Source: Octopus vulgaris
Taxonomy: Eukaryota
DNA: 64,000 nucleotides
Reading direction: 5' to 3'
Assembly: GCA_951406725.2 (NCBI GenBank)
Contig: OX597819.1
Span: 84,444,001 to 84,508,000 of the forward strand
Part shown: piece by piece, positions 27,190-37,770 of the stretch
How the letters are laid out: each line of letters begins with the position of its first letter
Numbering within the stretch: position 1 is the first letter of the stretch
The notes under the pieces: model-generated
What the model saw: the letters and a program-made list of their open reading frames with translations, nothing else
Told to the model about the DNA's origin: nothing
Database searches by the model: none
Translations under genes and position numbers: made by a program

Positions 27190-27526
27190 TATCAGTCATT
27201 CCTTACTTAGGTGTTTCTTCTTTCTTAAAAGCTTTTTTTTGCTGTCATGACATTTTTTGTGAAACATTTTCAGGAGACAAGTCTACTCTTGTCTAGTAGA
27301 AAAGAAAAATAAATAAAATAAACCTTCTGAGAAGCAGCTGCTGAAATAGCTTCCTACTTGCAGAATGAGGCAATTAGGTGTGGCTGTTTAAATGCTGACA
27401 ATTTGGCACTACTGACAAGACATTCAAAATATTTTGGTGACAGCACATCTTTGCACTGGAAGCAAACATATGCACAGTAACATACATATGTATACACACA
27501 CACACATTATATATATATATATATAT

Positions 27527-29395
27527 ATCATCATCATCTGATGCCTCATATACCCAGTTTTTCTTTCAAATCATTTACACTCTGTCATATATGCACACTG
27601 ACATTACCTATCCAACAGAGCATACTGGCTTCATTTCTTTCAAACTCTTGCATATCCTCAGTTGTCATAGCTCATGTCTCACTGCCATGTAGCATATCCG
27701 TTCATACACAGGCATCACACAATCTGTCTTTCACTTTGAGGGAGAGTCCTTCATTATTAACAAAGGTAGTAACTCTCTGAACTTCGCCCAGCTGATTCTT
27801 ATACTAGCAACCATGCTTTTGGAAGAACTTCCTCCAGTACTAACTTGGTCACCTAAGTAATGGTAACTGTCTACTACTTCTAAGGATCCTTGTGGTCTTT
27901 GCTAAATTAACTCTAAGGCCCTTTGATTCCTGTCCATGCTTCCATACCTGAAATTTCTTCTCTAGTTCTGGTAGTGATTCAGCAATAAGAACAAGGTCAT
28001 CAGCATAGAGGAGCTCCCAAGAGCAGCCAGTCTAAAATTCCTGAGTTATAGCTTGGAGGACTGTGATAAACAAGAGGAGGCTAAGAAACAATCCCTAGTG
28101 GACTCCTACTTTTACACTAAATTCCTTGCTATACTCATTGGTGAATCTCACCTTACTAACATCCCTGTACATGACTTGTACAGCTCTCACCAACCACTCA
28201 TCTATCCTTAGTTTTTGCACTGTCCACCAGTAAAGGGAGCCTGTCAAATGCTTTCTCCATGTCCACAAAAGCTGGATACAGTGGTTTATTTTTGGCCAAG
28301 TATTTTTCCTGCAGTTGCCTCACCAGGAAGAGAGCATTGGTGGTGCTTTTTCCTGGCACAAATCTAAACTGCACCTCATCTATGCTCACTCTCCTAATTA
28401 ATTGAGCTATGACCCTTTCAGCAACTTTCATCACCTGGTCGAGCAATTTGATGCTTCTGTAATTATTTCTCTCTAGGACATCACCCTTGTCTTTGTAGCA
28501 GTTGACTATAATGCTGCTAGCACCAATCAATTGGTATGACTCCCTTGTGGACAACCTGATTAACTATATAGGTGACCAGGTCATATCCCACTCCACCAGA
28601 TATTTTAACCATCTCAGCTGTGATTCCTGATGGACCAGAGGCTTTCCCTGTCTTTATATCTTTAATTGCTTTATCTACTAAGCTACTGTTGATTCAGATA
28701 GCCAGCCTCTCTGTTGGGTCCTCATTAGCAGGCTCTCCTCCCTTGCATTCTCTAAATTTAGCAACATTTCATAATGGCACTTCCAAGCCTCCTCATTTGC
28801 AGAATCACTAACTTCAAGTGAGCCATAATCCATGCAAATGTATTTCTCTCCTACCACATCACTATTTTCTCTGACACACTGTCTTGTAATCCAAAACACT
28901 TCAAGCCTCTGGTCCCCGTGTCGCTGAGCATTGACAATCTTCCTCCTTTCTGCTTCTCTCCTGGCTAAGTATACCTGTTTTCTAGCCTCCCTCCTAGCTA
29001 CCTGATGTAGTTCTCTGCTCCCACCATTCTTCCAGTCCTTCCGTGCCTGGTTTTTTGCTCTAACTGCCTTATCTACAACATTGTCACCCTAGATTTGGTC
29101 TGTGGCACTCAGCAAGCTGTCACACAGGAGCTCTCAATTGCCCTCTATGTTACAAGACTGTAGTTCCTCTTCCTTCTTGATAAATTCGTCAATTAGGATG
29201 TCCCTAAATCTCAGACCATTTAAAGGATACTTAAGCTCCCAAATCCTTCTTCTCCAGATTGGTCTGATTCTTGGAATCTTAGCTTGAAGTCTAAAGTCAC
29301 TGATAACTAATCTATGTGGGGGTTGGGGAAGGTCTTTGCATTTATGAGCAACCATGTATCTCACTTTCTGGTGAGAATGTAATCAATCTGACTAG
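27527..29395 (-). mobile_element. RTE LINE fragment (end of endonuclease plus RT)
   Basis: QIDYI, PPHRLVISDF, KGDVLERNNYRSIKLL, AFVDMEKAFD and LLYADDLVL. Confidence 0.85.
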
Positions 29396-30060
29396 TTTGG
29401 TTACACACACACACACGTAGATAGATAGACAGATAGGCAACGAGAAAGAGAGAGAATGGAAGAAAGAAAGAGAGACATTACACATGCATATGAACATAAT
29501 CGAATGCTCACACAGAAAGAGAGACAGACAGACAAATAGACAAAATTAAAGAAACATTAAAATGTTTGATGTCAAATAAGTCAGTTGAATTAATGATGCC
29601 ATACAATAGTGCCAAAACACTTGTGCCAGGATGTCTTATCTTCCTACTTGGTGTCTCCCTTTGTATCAATAGTAGTATGATTATAAACTCTAGCATTCTT
29701 TCAAGTTAAATCCAGAACTCTGCCTTGCATCCAAGTCCAGCATTTTATTTTCCAGTATTGTTTGACATAATTCCAGAAAAAGAAAAATATCCATATTTTA
29801 TCATCCATCTTTTATCTTTTACTTGTTTCAGTCATTGGACTGTGGCCATGCTGAAGCAATGCCTTGAAGGGTTTTAGTCAAATGAATTGATTCCATTCTG
29901 TAGGTCTTTTTTGCTGAATTGCTAGGTTACATAAACATAAACAACATTGGTTGTCAAACAGTAGTGAGGGACAAACACAGACACAAAGACACACACACAT
30001 AGATATGTACATACATATATATGTATGTATGTATGCATGTATGTGTGTATATATATATAT

Positions 30061-30875
30061 CATCATCATCATCATCATCGTTTAGCGTCCACTTTCCATG
30101 CTAGCATGGGTTGGACGGTTCAACTGGGGTCTGGGAAGCCAGAAGTCTGCACCAGGCCCAGTCTGATCTGGCAATGTTTCTACGACTGGATGCCCTTCCA
30201 AACGCCAACCACTCCGTGAGTGTAGTGGGTGCTTTTTATGTCCCACTGGCACAGGTGCCAGACGAAGCTGGCAAACGGCCACAATCGGATGGTGCTTTTT
30301 ATGTGCCACCAGCACGGGGGCCAGGCGAGGCTGGCAGCAGCCATAAACGGATGGTGCTTTTTACGTGCCACCGGCACGAGGCCAGTCGGGGCGGCGCTGG
30401 CAACGGCCACGTTCGGATGGATCTCTTATGTGCCACCGGCACTGGTATCACAGCTGCAATTTCCATTGATGTTGATCGATTTCGGTTCTCACTTGCCTCA
30501 ACAGGTCTTCACAAGTAGAGTTTTGTGTCCCAAGAAGGAAAGGTATGCATAAGTGGACTGGCTACATCCCATGTAGAGGCCACGGGTTATGGTCTCACTT
30601 GTCCTGCCAGGTCTTCTCATGCACAGCATACTTCCAAAGGTCTTGGTCTCTAGTCATTTCCTCAGTAAGACCTAAAGTTCGAAGGTCGTGCTTCACCACC
30701 TCGTCCCAGGTTTTCCTGGGTCTGCCTCTTCCACAGGTTCCCTCAACCGCTAGGGTGTGGCACTTTTTCACACAACTATCTTCATCCATTCTTGCCACAT
30801 GACCATGCCAGTGCAAACGTCTCTCTTGCACACCACGACTGAAGCTTCTTAGGTCCAGCTTTTCTCTCAAAGTAT
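30061..30875 (-). mobile_element. 5'-truncated RTE LINE with tandem-repeat 3'UTR and (ATG)n tail
   Basis: RRLHWHGHVARMDEDSCVKKC..GRGRPRKTWDEVVK, (CAT)n at 30061-30078. Related copies at 20883-21580, 51398-51793, 53494-53648, 57318-57750 and 58127-59082. Confidence 0.88.
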
Positions 30876-30880
30876 CTTAT

Positions 30881-31033
30881 ATATATAACGGGAAGCTTTA
30901 TGAAAATAAACAAAAGACGAAGGCAGGTGGAAAACAAACGAACAATTGTATTAGTATGGCGCTCAGGAAATATAAATAAAACAAGTCTTTAACGTTTCGA
31001 GCCTACGCTCTTCAACAGAAAGATACACGGAGA
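30881..31033 (-). repeat. Penelope pseudo-LTR, 3' copy
   Basis: Identical over 153 bp to 35397-35549 (offset 4516). Confidence 0.92.
30986..31023 (-). ncRNA. Minimal type I hammerhead ribozyme-like motif (variant core)
   Basis: Minus strand: UCUUU CUGUUGA A GAGC-GUAG-GCUC GAA ACGU U AAAGA, i.e. stem I, core, stem II, palindromic stem III and the stem I partner. Confidence 0.6.
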
Positions 31034-31871
31034 GAGAAAAACACAGAAAGAAGGAGAGAAAAAAATGCGTGCAGTAGCTAACGAATCAACATGGCGATCT
31101 GATTTTGGCCAGAGGTCAAAGATCAAACATGAGACGCGAGAGCGAAATAAGGGGAGATAATAGGGTTGATAAATGGGTTGAGGGACCAGCTAAAAGTGCG
31201 TGGGAGGGGTCTGGATGTGTGTATGTATAGGGTTGGTGTATGTATTAGTATGTATAAGGGTGTGTGTGTGTGAGTGTGTGTGTGTATGAGAGAGTATTAG
31301 TGCGTAAGATTGGTCTGGACGTGCGTATGTATGGGGTTGGTGTATGTATTAGTATGTATTAGTATGTATTAGTACGTATTGGTATGTATAGGTGTGTGTG
31401 TGTGTGTGAGAGAGAGTATAAGTGCGTATGCGGGGTCTGGACGTGTGTATGTATAGGGTTGGTGTAAGTATTAGTATGTACTAGTATGTATTAGTACGTA
31501 TTAGTATGTATTAGTTGGTGTGTGTATTAGTATGGCACATCATATGTGATGTGATGTGGTGTAGTGAGGAGAAGAGGGGGAGGGGATAAGAGGGGGGAGA
31601 GAAGGGGAGGGGAAGAAGGGGGGGAGGAGAGGATGGGGGAGAAGGAAGGGGATGAGGGGGATGAAGGAGGAAAGAGGGAGAGGGGGAGAGAGAAGGGGAG
31701 AGAGGGAGTGAGGGAGCAGAGGGAAGGGGAAGAGGGAGGGAGAAAGAGGGAAGAAGGGAAGGGGAGTAGGGGTGAAAGGATGAAGGACTGAAGAAGTAGG
31801 GGTGAAAGGATGAAGGACTGAAGAAGTAGGGGTCGGGGGAGAAAGGATAGGTGAGGAGGGGGAAAGGGGGG

Positions 31872-34782
31872 TTAGATGAGGAGGGGGGAGAGTTGAGACC
31901 AAATGGCGTATAAGAGCGAAGAGAGAGAAGATTAATTCCTGTTCACGGCGCAAACGGGAATCCAGATGGCCTCTGTGTAAGGACAAACCGAACACAGATA
32001 GGTGTTGCAAGGAGTGACCGGTGGAGCGGAAATGGCGTGAGACCGGTGTGTCGTTCGCAAGGTGGATGTCACGAAGGTGTTCCGCGAACCGGTCAGCCAA
32101 GCGGCGTCCCGTTTGTCCGATGTACAAGGAATTGCAGAGAGAGCAAGAGATGCAATAGATAATATTGCTGGAGGTGCAGGTGAAGGAGTGGATGATGGGA
32201 TAGGGTCGATGGTGGGTGCTAGTGAGGCGGGTGGTGTTGGAGAGGTAAGGGCAAGTGCGGCAACGTGGGCGGGAGCAGGGGAACGAGCCGGGTTGGGAGG
32301 TAGGGTCAGGGAAGGAGCTATGGACCAAAAGGTCTCGAAGGTTGTGGGCTCGTTTGAAAGAGGGGAGGGGTCGGTTAGGGAAGAGGTGTGAAGTGGACGG
32401 GTCGGACTGGAGATGACGGAAAGCTCGAAGAATGGTGCGTTGGAGACGTAGGGTCGTGGGGTGGTAAGTGAGGGGAAAAGGGAGGCGGGAGACTACAGGG
32501 CGGGTTCGGGGAGAGAGAGCAGATACACGGTCCACGGACCGTGCTCTGGCAAGGGCGGTGTGGATAGTGGTGAGGGGGTATCCACGTAGGGTGAAGTGGT
32601 GAGCCATACGTTGAGACTGAGTCTCAAAGTCATGGTCGTCACTACAGAGCCTACGTAGACGGAGGAATTGGGAATAGGGGATGGAAAGCTTGGTGTGTTC
32701 TGGGTGGGAGGAAGAGAAGTTGAGGTATGAGTGTGAGTCTGTGTGTTTGTAGTGAATGGAGGTGGTAAGAGTGGAGTGAAGAATGCTAACCGAAATGTCG
32801 AGGAAGGAGACAGAGGTGTTGGAGATAGTGGAAGTGAAGTGGAGGGCTGGATGGAAAGATTGGACGAAAGAGAGGAAGGAATCTAGATGTTCGCGGGAGA
32901 GTGAGGTGGCACCGATAATGTCGTCAATATAACGACCATATAGTTCAGGAGTGGGACCAGTGAAATTAGAGAATATTTGGGCCTCAACATAGCCAACGAA
33001 CAGGTTCGCATAGTTGGGGCCCATTCGCGTTCCCATGGCCACTCCCGAGACCTGATGGTAGAACTCGCCCGCGAACGAGAAGCAGTTCAGAGTAAGGACA
33101 AGTTCGGCCAGACGAATGAGTGTGGAGGTGTCAGGTACAGGGTTAGAGCGGAGGTCAAGAAAGTGTCGAAGGGCCTGCAGTCCTTCGTGGTGAGGGATAA
33201 CAGTATAGAGGCTTTGGATGTCCATAGTAAAAAGGATTTTGGAGGAGCCGGGAGGAAAGGAGAAAGAGTTGAAAAGCCGGAGAGCATGGTTGGTATCGTG
33301 GATGTGGGAGGGAAGAGATGCCACTAGGGGGCAAGGACACGGTCGAGGTATTTAGAGATGAGCTCCGTGGGGCAGTTACAGGCGGAGACGATGGGGCGGC
33401 CAGGGTTGTTGGGTTTGTGGATTTTGGGGAGGAAGTAAATGGTGGGGGTACGTGGGGTTCGCACAATTAGGTTGGATGCGGTGCGGGGGAGACGGGAGGA
33501 CGAGATGAGGTCTTGGACAGTAGAGGATACCGTCTGTTGGTAGCTACGTGTGGGGTTAGAGGGCAGAGGGGAATAGAAGGAGGTGTCATTGAGTTGGCGG
33601 AAAGCCTCGGCCCTATAGAGGTCCGCGCACCACACCACTACAGCTCCACCCTTGTCAGCCGGTTTGATGATAATGTCAGCGCGCCGTTGGAGGGAACGAA
33701 GAGCCAAGAGCTCAGCCGGGGAGATGTTGAGGCGGCGTTGGCGCCTGGAGAAGTTGAACCGCTCTAATGCACGCTGACAAGCGCCCGCGAAAAGATCCAC
33801 TGCTAGGATCTGGCCAGGGGCAGGCGTCCACGGGGATGGTTGGCGGCCCAGGCCAGTGAAGCAGTCGTCCTCTTCGTTGGGTGTGGGTGGCGAGTCGTGG
33901 TAATGCGCACCCAACCGGACACGGCGCACAAAGCTGTGGACATCAACTCGCGTCTGGAATTCCTTACAGGATGGAGTGAGGGGGATGAAACGCAGACCCC
34001 TACCAAGGACGGAGCGTTCAGCCGCAGAGAGGGGAAGATCGGGGGGGAATGGTAACAACAGACGGAAGTGGAGAAGGGGTGGATGGAATAGAAGTAGGAG
34101 GGGTGGTAGGTCTCGGGGAGGTCTGAGGGGGAGGGATTGGAGAGGTGTGTGGGGGGTGGTTGGGCGGGGCAGTAGGGTTAGGTGTAGGTGGATGGAGCCT
34201 AACGGGAGGGGAGAAGGGGTTGTAGGGAGGGGCAGTGGGGTTAGGTGTGGGTGGATGGAGCCTATCGGGAGGGGAGAAGGGTGGTGGAGGAGTTGGGGTA
34301 GTGGCGTCGGGTAGGGTGGAATGGAAGAGTGATTGGAGTTTACGAAGTTTGGTATCAGAAAGAAATTGATGGAAGAGTTGATTCAAATGGATAATGAAGC
34401 GTAGCGTGTTTGGAGCATAGAGAGGCGGCAGAGAGGAGAAGAAGGTGGAGAAAGCAGGAGGAAGAAGGCGGTTGATGGCATGTAGTTTGGAGAGATTGGA
34501 GCGAATGGTGGCCCGCATAAGGCGGTAAGATGTGGTGCGGAGTATGGGTAAGATGGAAGAATCCGAGTGGAGAGCAGGGTGGAAGTGGAGGCGGAAACCT
34601 TTAGGGATGAGTCGGTGATGTAGGCAGTGGCTTAGGAAAGAGACATGGCTAGAGAAGCGGGTTTTTTTAAAAAGAAGTAGAGAGAGATTAACGGACGGCT
34701 GAAGGCAATATACAGGAAGCGAACGTAGATGATCCTTCAAACGGTGATGGAGGGTGAGGAGGTAGGACCTAGGATCCGGCAT
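31872..34782 (-). pseudogene. Penelope-like RT/GIY-YIG endonuclease polyprotein, about 970 aa when three frameshifts are corrected
   Basis: Motifs FLSHCLHHRLIPKGF, IIIKPADKGGAVVV, PGRPIVS, MDIQSLYT, GVAMGTRMGP, RYIDD, CSRPRCRTC and NIIYCISC..LYIGQT. Frameshifts fall at a G run (~34040-34047), a G run (~33327-33332) and a (GA)n run (~31921-31928). The corrected C-terminus reads FSLRSYTPFGLNSPPLLI*. Confidence 0.88.
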
Positions 34783-35396
34783 GATGGGATAGCGGAAAAA
34801 AACGTTCGAAAAAACAAAAAAAACAAAAAACAAAAATTATCGTATGAAAAAAAATAGAAAAAAAGGGATAGCGAAAAAAGGGGAAAAAACAAACGTTCAA
34901 AAAAACAAAAAAATAATAATCATATGAAAAAACTAGATAAGTAAGTGATAGGGGCAGAAAAGACGGGGCAAACGGAAAAGGGAAAGAAAGAAGGGAAAGA
35001 AAGAGAGAGGGGAGGCAAAAAAAGGGGGGTGCAGGCAGAGGAAACGGAGTATGGACATCCAGAGAGGGAAGAAAGACGGAAAGGAGAACAAAAATTCAGG
35101 AAAATGTGGGAAGCATGAAATGAATGTAAAAAAAGTGGTAATATAAGAAGAAATAAAAAATACAACAAACGGGACAGTTTATGCGAACAAGTTCAAGGTT
35201 GAAAGTTCAAGGTGAGAAATGTGTAGACGTCGTGGTATATTTTTTAAGGATTTCACATCAATGCAAAGTCACTTTGATCCGCGAAAGAGAGGTGCAGCCA
35301 ATGGTAAGTATCCAAGAGGTAAAGAAAATCCAAGGTAGAGGTAAGTGTTGATAGTGGTATTGGTAGAATATAGGATGAAAGTGAGACCAGCGCATA

Positions 35397-35549
35397 ATAT
35401 ATAACGGGAAGCTTTATGAAAATAAACAAAAGACGAAGGCAGGTGGAAAACAAACGAACAATTGTATTAGTATGGCGCTCAGGAAATATAAATAAAACAA
35501 GTCTTTAACGTTTCGAGCCTACGCTCTTCAACAGAAAGATACACGGAGA
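35397..35549 (-). repeat. Penelope pseudo-LTR, 5' partial copy
   Basis: Identical over 153 bp to 30881-31033. Confidence 0.92.
35502..35539 (-). ncRNA. Minimal type I hammerhead ribozyme-like motif (second copy)
   Basis: Identical to 30986-31023. Confidence 0.6.
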
Positions 35550-35995
35550 ACACAGACATGCACAACAACAACAGGCATCTTTCAATTTCTATCTACCAAA
35601 TCCACTCACAAGGGGTTTGGTCAGTTTGGGGCTATAGTAGAACTACATGGTGGGACTGAACCCAGAACCATGTAGTTGAGAAGCCAACTCTTTAAGATAC
35701 AGCCACTGCATCATTAAAGTTTTTTGAAAGCATTTGAGACAGAACTGCCATGAAGATGCATTCCTTAGCCATGAGTTCTAATTCTTAAAGAGATTGACTG
35801 ATTCAGTTGCCCGTTATTCTTGAGTTATAAATTGATGTCTCACAAAAACCTTGCTCACTAGTTTAACACTGATACCCTTCAGACAATTTATCTTGTCTTT
35901 GTATTTGTTACAGTCTATGAAATTTACAAGATTGAGCAATCTGTCGAACTCAGATGTTACTTCAGCATGTAGTCTATTGCAGTATCTGTACTATA

Positions 35996-37652
35996 TGAGG
36001 GTTGGTTGAAATGTTCACTGGCTGACTGAAGGAGTGATGCTAGAACTGTAAAATCTTGCATGCATTAATTTCAACTCTTCTTATTAATAAGTGCATTGTT
36101 TTTTTTACCAGATAAACTGACATTTGACTGTTCAAAGAAGACTTCAAAAGTAACTAGTAGCAAAAATCAACAAAATTTAGCATTGTAGTGTTATCAAGTA
36201 CATGTGGAAAAAGGGTTTAGACCTCAAGGACATTCATGCTGACATGCCTTCTATATTAGGGGATGATGCTCCAGCTTTATCAACAGGCGTAGGAGTGGCT
36301 GTGTGGTAAGTAAGTAGCTTGCTTATGAACCACATGGTTCCAGGTTCAGTTCCACTGCGTGGCACCTTAGGCAAGTGTCTTCTACTATTGCCCAAGGTGC
36401 CGACCAAAGCCTTGTGAGTGGATTGGTAGATGGAAACTGAAAGAAACCCGTCGCATATATGTATATATATGTATGTGTGTGTATACGATTGTGTGTCTGT
36501 GTTTGTCCCCCCCCCAACATCGCTTGACAACTGATGCTGGTGTGTTTACGTCCCTGTAACTTAGTGGTTCAGCAAAAGAGACCGATAGAATAAGTAATAG
36601 GCTTACAAAGAATAAGTCCTGGGGTCGATTTGCTTGACTAAAGGTGGTGCTCCAGCATGGCCACAGTCAAATGACTGAAACAAGTAAAAGAGTAAAAGAG
36701 TGCAAAAGAGAGCAGCTGAATTTAGGAGGGGAAACGAATCTTGAAGATCACCCAAATCTGGACATCATGTAGCTGTCACTGTTGAGGAAAACATTGTCTG
36801 TGTTCACGACATGGTGATGGATGACCAATAAATCAAATAACCAATGCTATTAGCATATCCCATGAGAAAGATGAGAATATTCTGCACCATGAACTTGGCA
36901 TGATGACGGTTTTTGCTTGGTGAGTGCTATGTCTTGTGGTATCTGATTAAAAGTACACCAAACTGATCACATCATGGGAAAATATGACATTGTTTGAGGA
37001 AGATCCAGCTGGTTTCCTTGAACATTTCTGAAGCCAGGATGAGTGTTGGGTTTATCACTTTGAACCAGAGACAAAGAGACAATCCATGCAGTGGAAATAC
37101 CCCTCCTCACCTGCTCCAAAGAAGACCAAGGTCATTTCATCTGCAAGGAAGGTGATGGCCTCAGTCTTTTGGGGTGCAAAAGGCATTGTGTTTATTGACT
37201 ATCTTCAAAAGGGCCATATGGAGAACACTATGCCAAGTTGCTGAGGCAGTTACGAAAGGTTATCAAAAACAAACACACAGGAAAACTGACAAAAGAGGTC
37301 TTGTTTCATCAGGATAGTGTTCTAGCACACAAGTCCTTGTTGCTATGTGTGACTGTGGCTTTTATCTCGTTGATCACCTTCCATATTCTCCTGATTTGGC
37401 CCCATCCAACTATCATCTGTTCTCTAGCAGGAAAAAAACCCACTTGGTTGAGAATCAATAATTGCAGTGATGATGATATCATATCTGTTTCTAATAAGAT
37501 GAAAGCTTTTTCACCAGTGGAATCCAAGTACTGCAACACCAATTGAAGAGGTGTGTGGACTGCCATGGGGAAAATGTTGAAAAATGAACTTCATTTGGTC
37601 ACATTCCATAAGAGTATTTTGGTCACCCTATGAACTTTTCAGCTGACCCTCA
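35996..37652 (+). mobile_element. mariner DNA transposon, degraded, with internal SINE
   Basis: TIRs TGAGGGTTGGTTGAAATGTTCA / TGAACTTTTCAGCTGACCCTCA flanked by TA. Motifs QDECWVYHFEPETKRQSMQW, KVMASVFW, LFHQD and PYSPDLAPSNYHLF. Confidence 0.9.
36285..36700 (+). mobile_element. tRNA-derived SINE with central (TA)/(TG) microsatellite
   Basis: TGGCTGTGTGG A-box-like and GGTTCAGTTCC B-box-like motifs, tail GTAAAAGA repeats. Family copies at 4196-4560, 15400-15720, 18800-19010, 29809-35710 (split), 46570-46790 and 47205-47350. Confidence 0.82.
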
Positions 37653-37674
37653 TACAGTGGAATGGCCTGATCTC

Positions 37675-37770
37675 GGTTAGGTTTAGAATCAGGATTAGAG
37701 GTAGGGTTAGGGTAAGTAAGAACTTAGAGTTAGAAGTAGGATTAGATTTAGAGTTAGGGTTTAGGGTTAG
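37675..37770 (+). repeat. Degenerate TTAGGG-like hexamer array
   Basis: 6-bp periodic TTAGRR units including GGGTTAGGG and TTAGGGTTTAGGGTTAG. Confidence 0.6.

Larger units (their letters stand above)
30881..35549 (-). mobile_element. Penelope-like retroelement (Neptune-type), near full-length
   Basis: Identical 153-bp direct repeats (30881-31033 and 35397-35549) flank an RT plus GIY-YIG ORF. A CxxxxCxxC linker lies between RT and endonuclease. Strong purine/pyrimidine strand asymmetry. Confidence 0.93.

Noticed and set aside
31540-31871. Pro/Ser/Leu-rich C-terminal tail of the 594-aa ORF
   Set aside because: It is read-through into the pyrimidine-rich 3'UTR caused by a frameshift at ~31925; the true end is the PFGLN...* frame.
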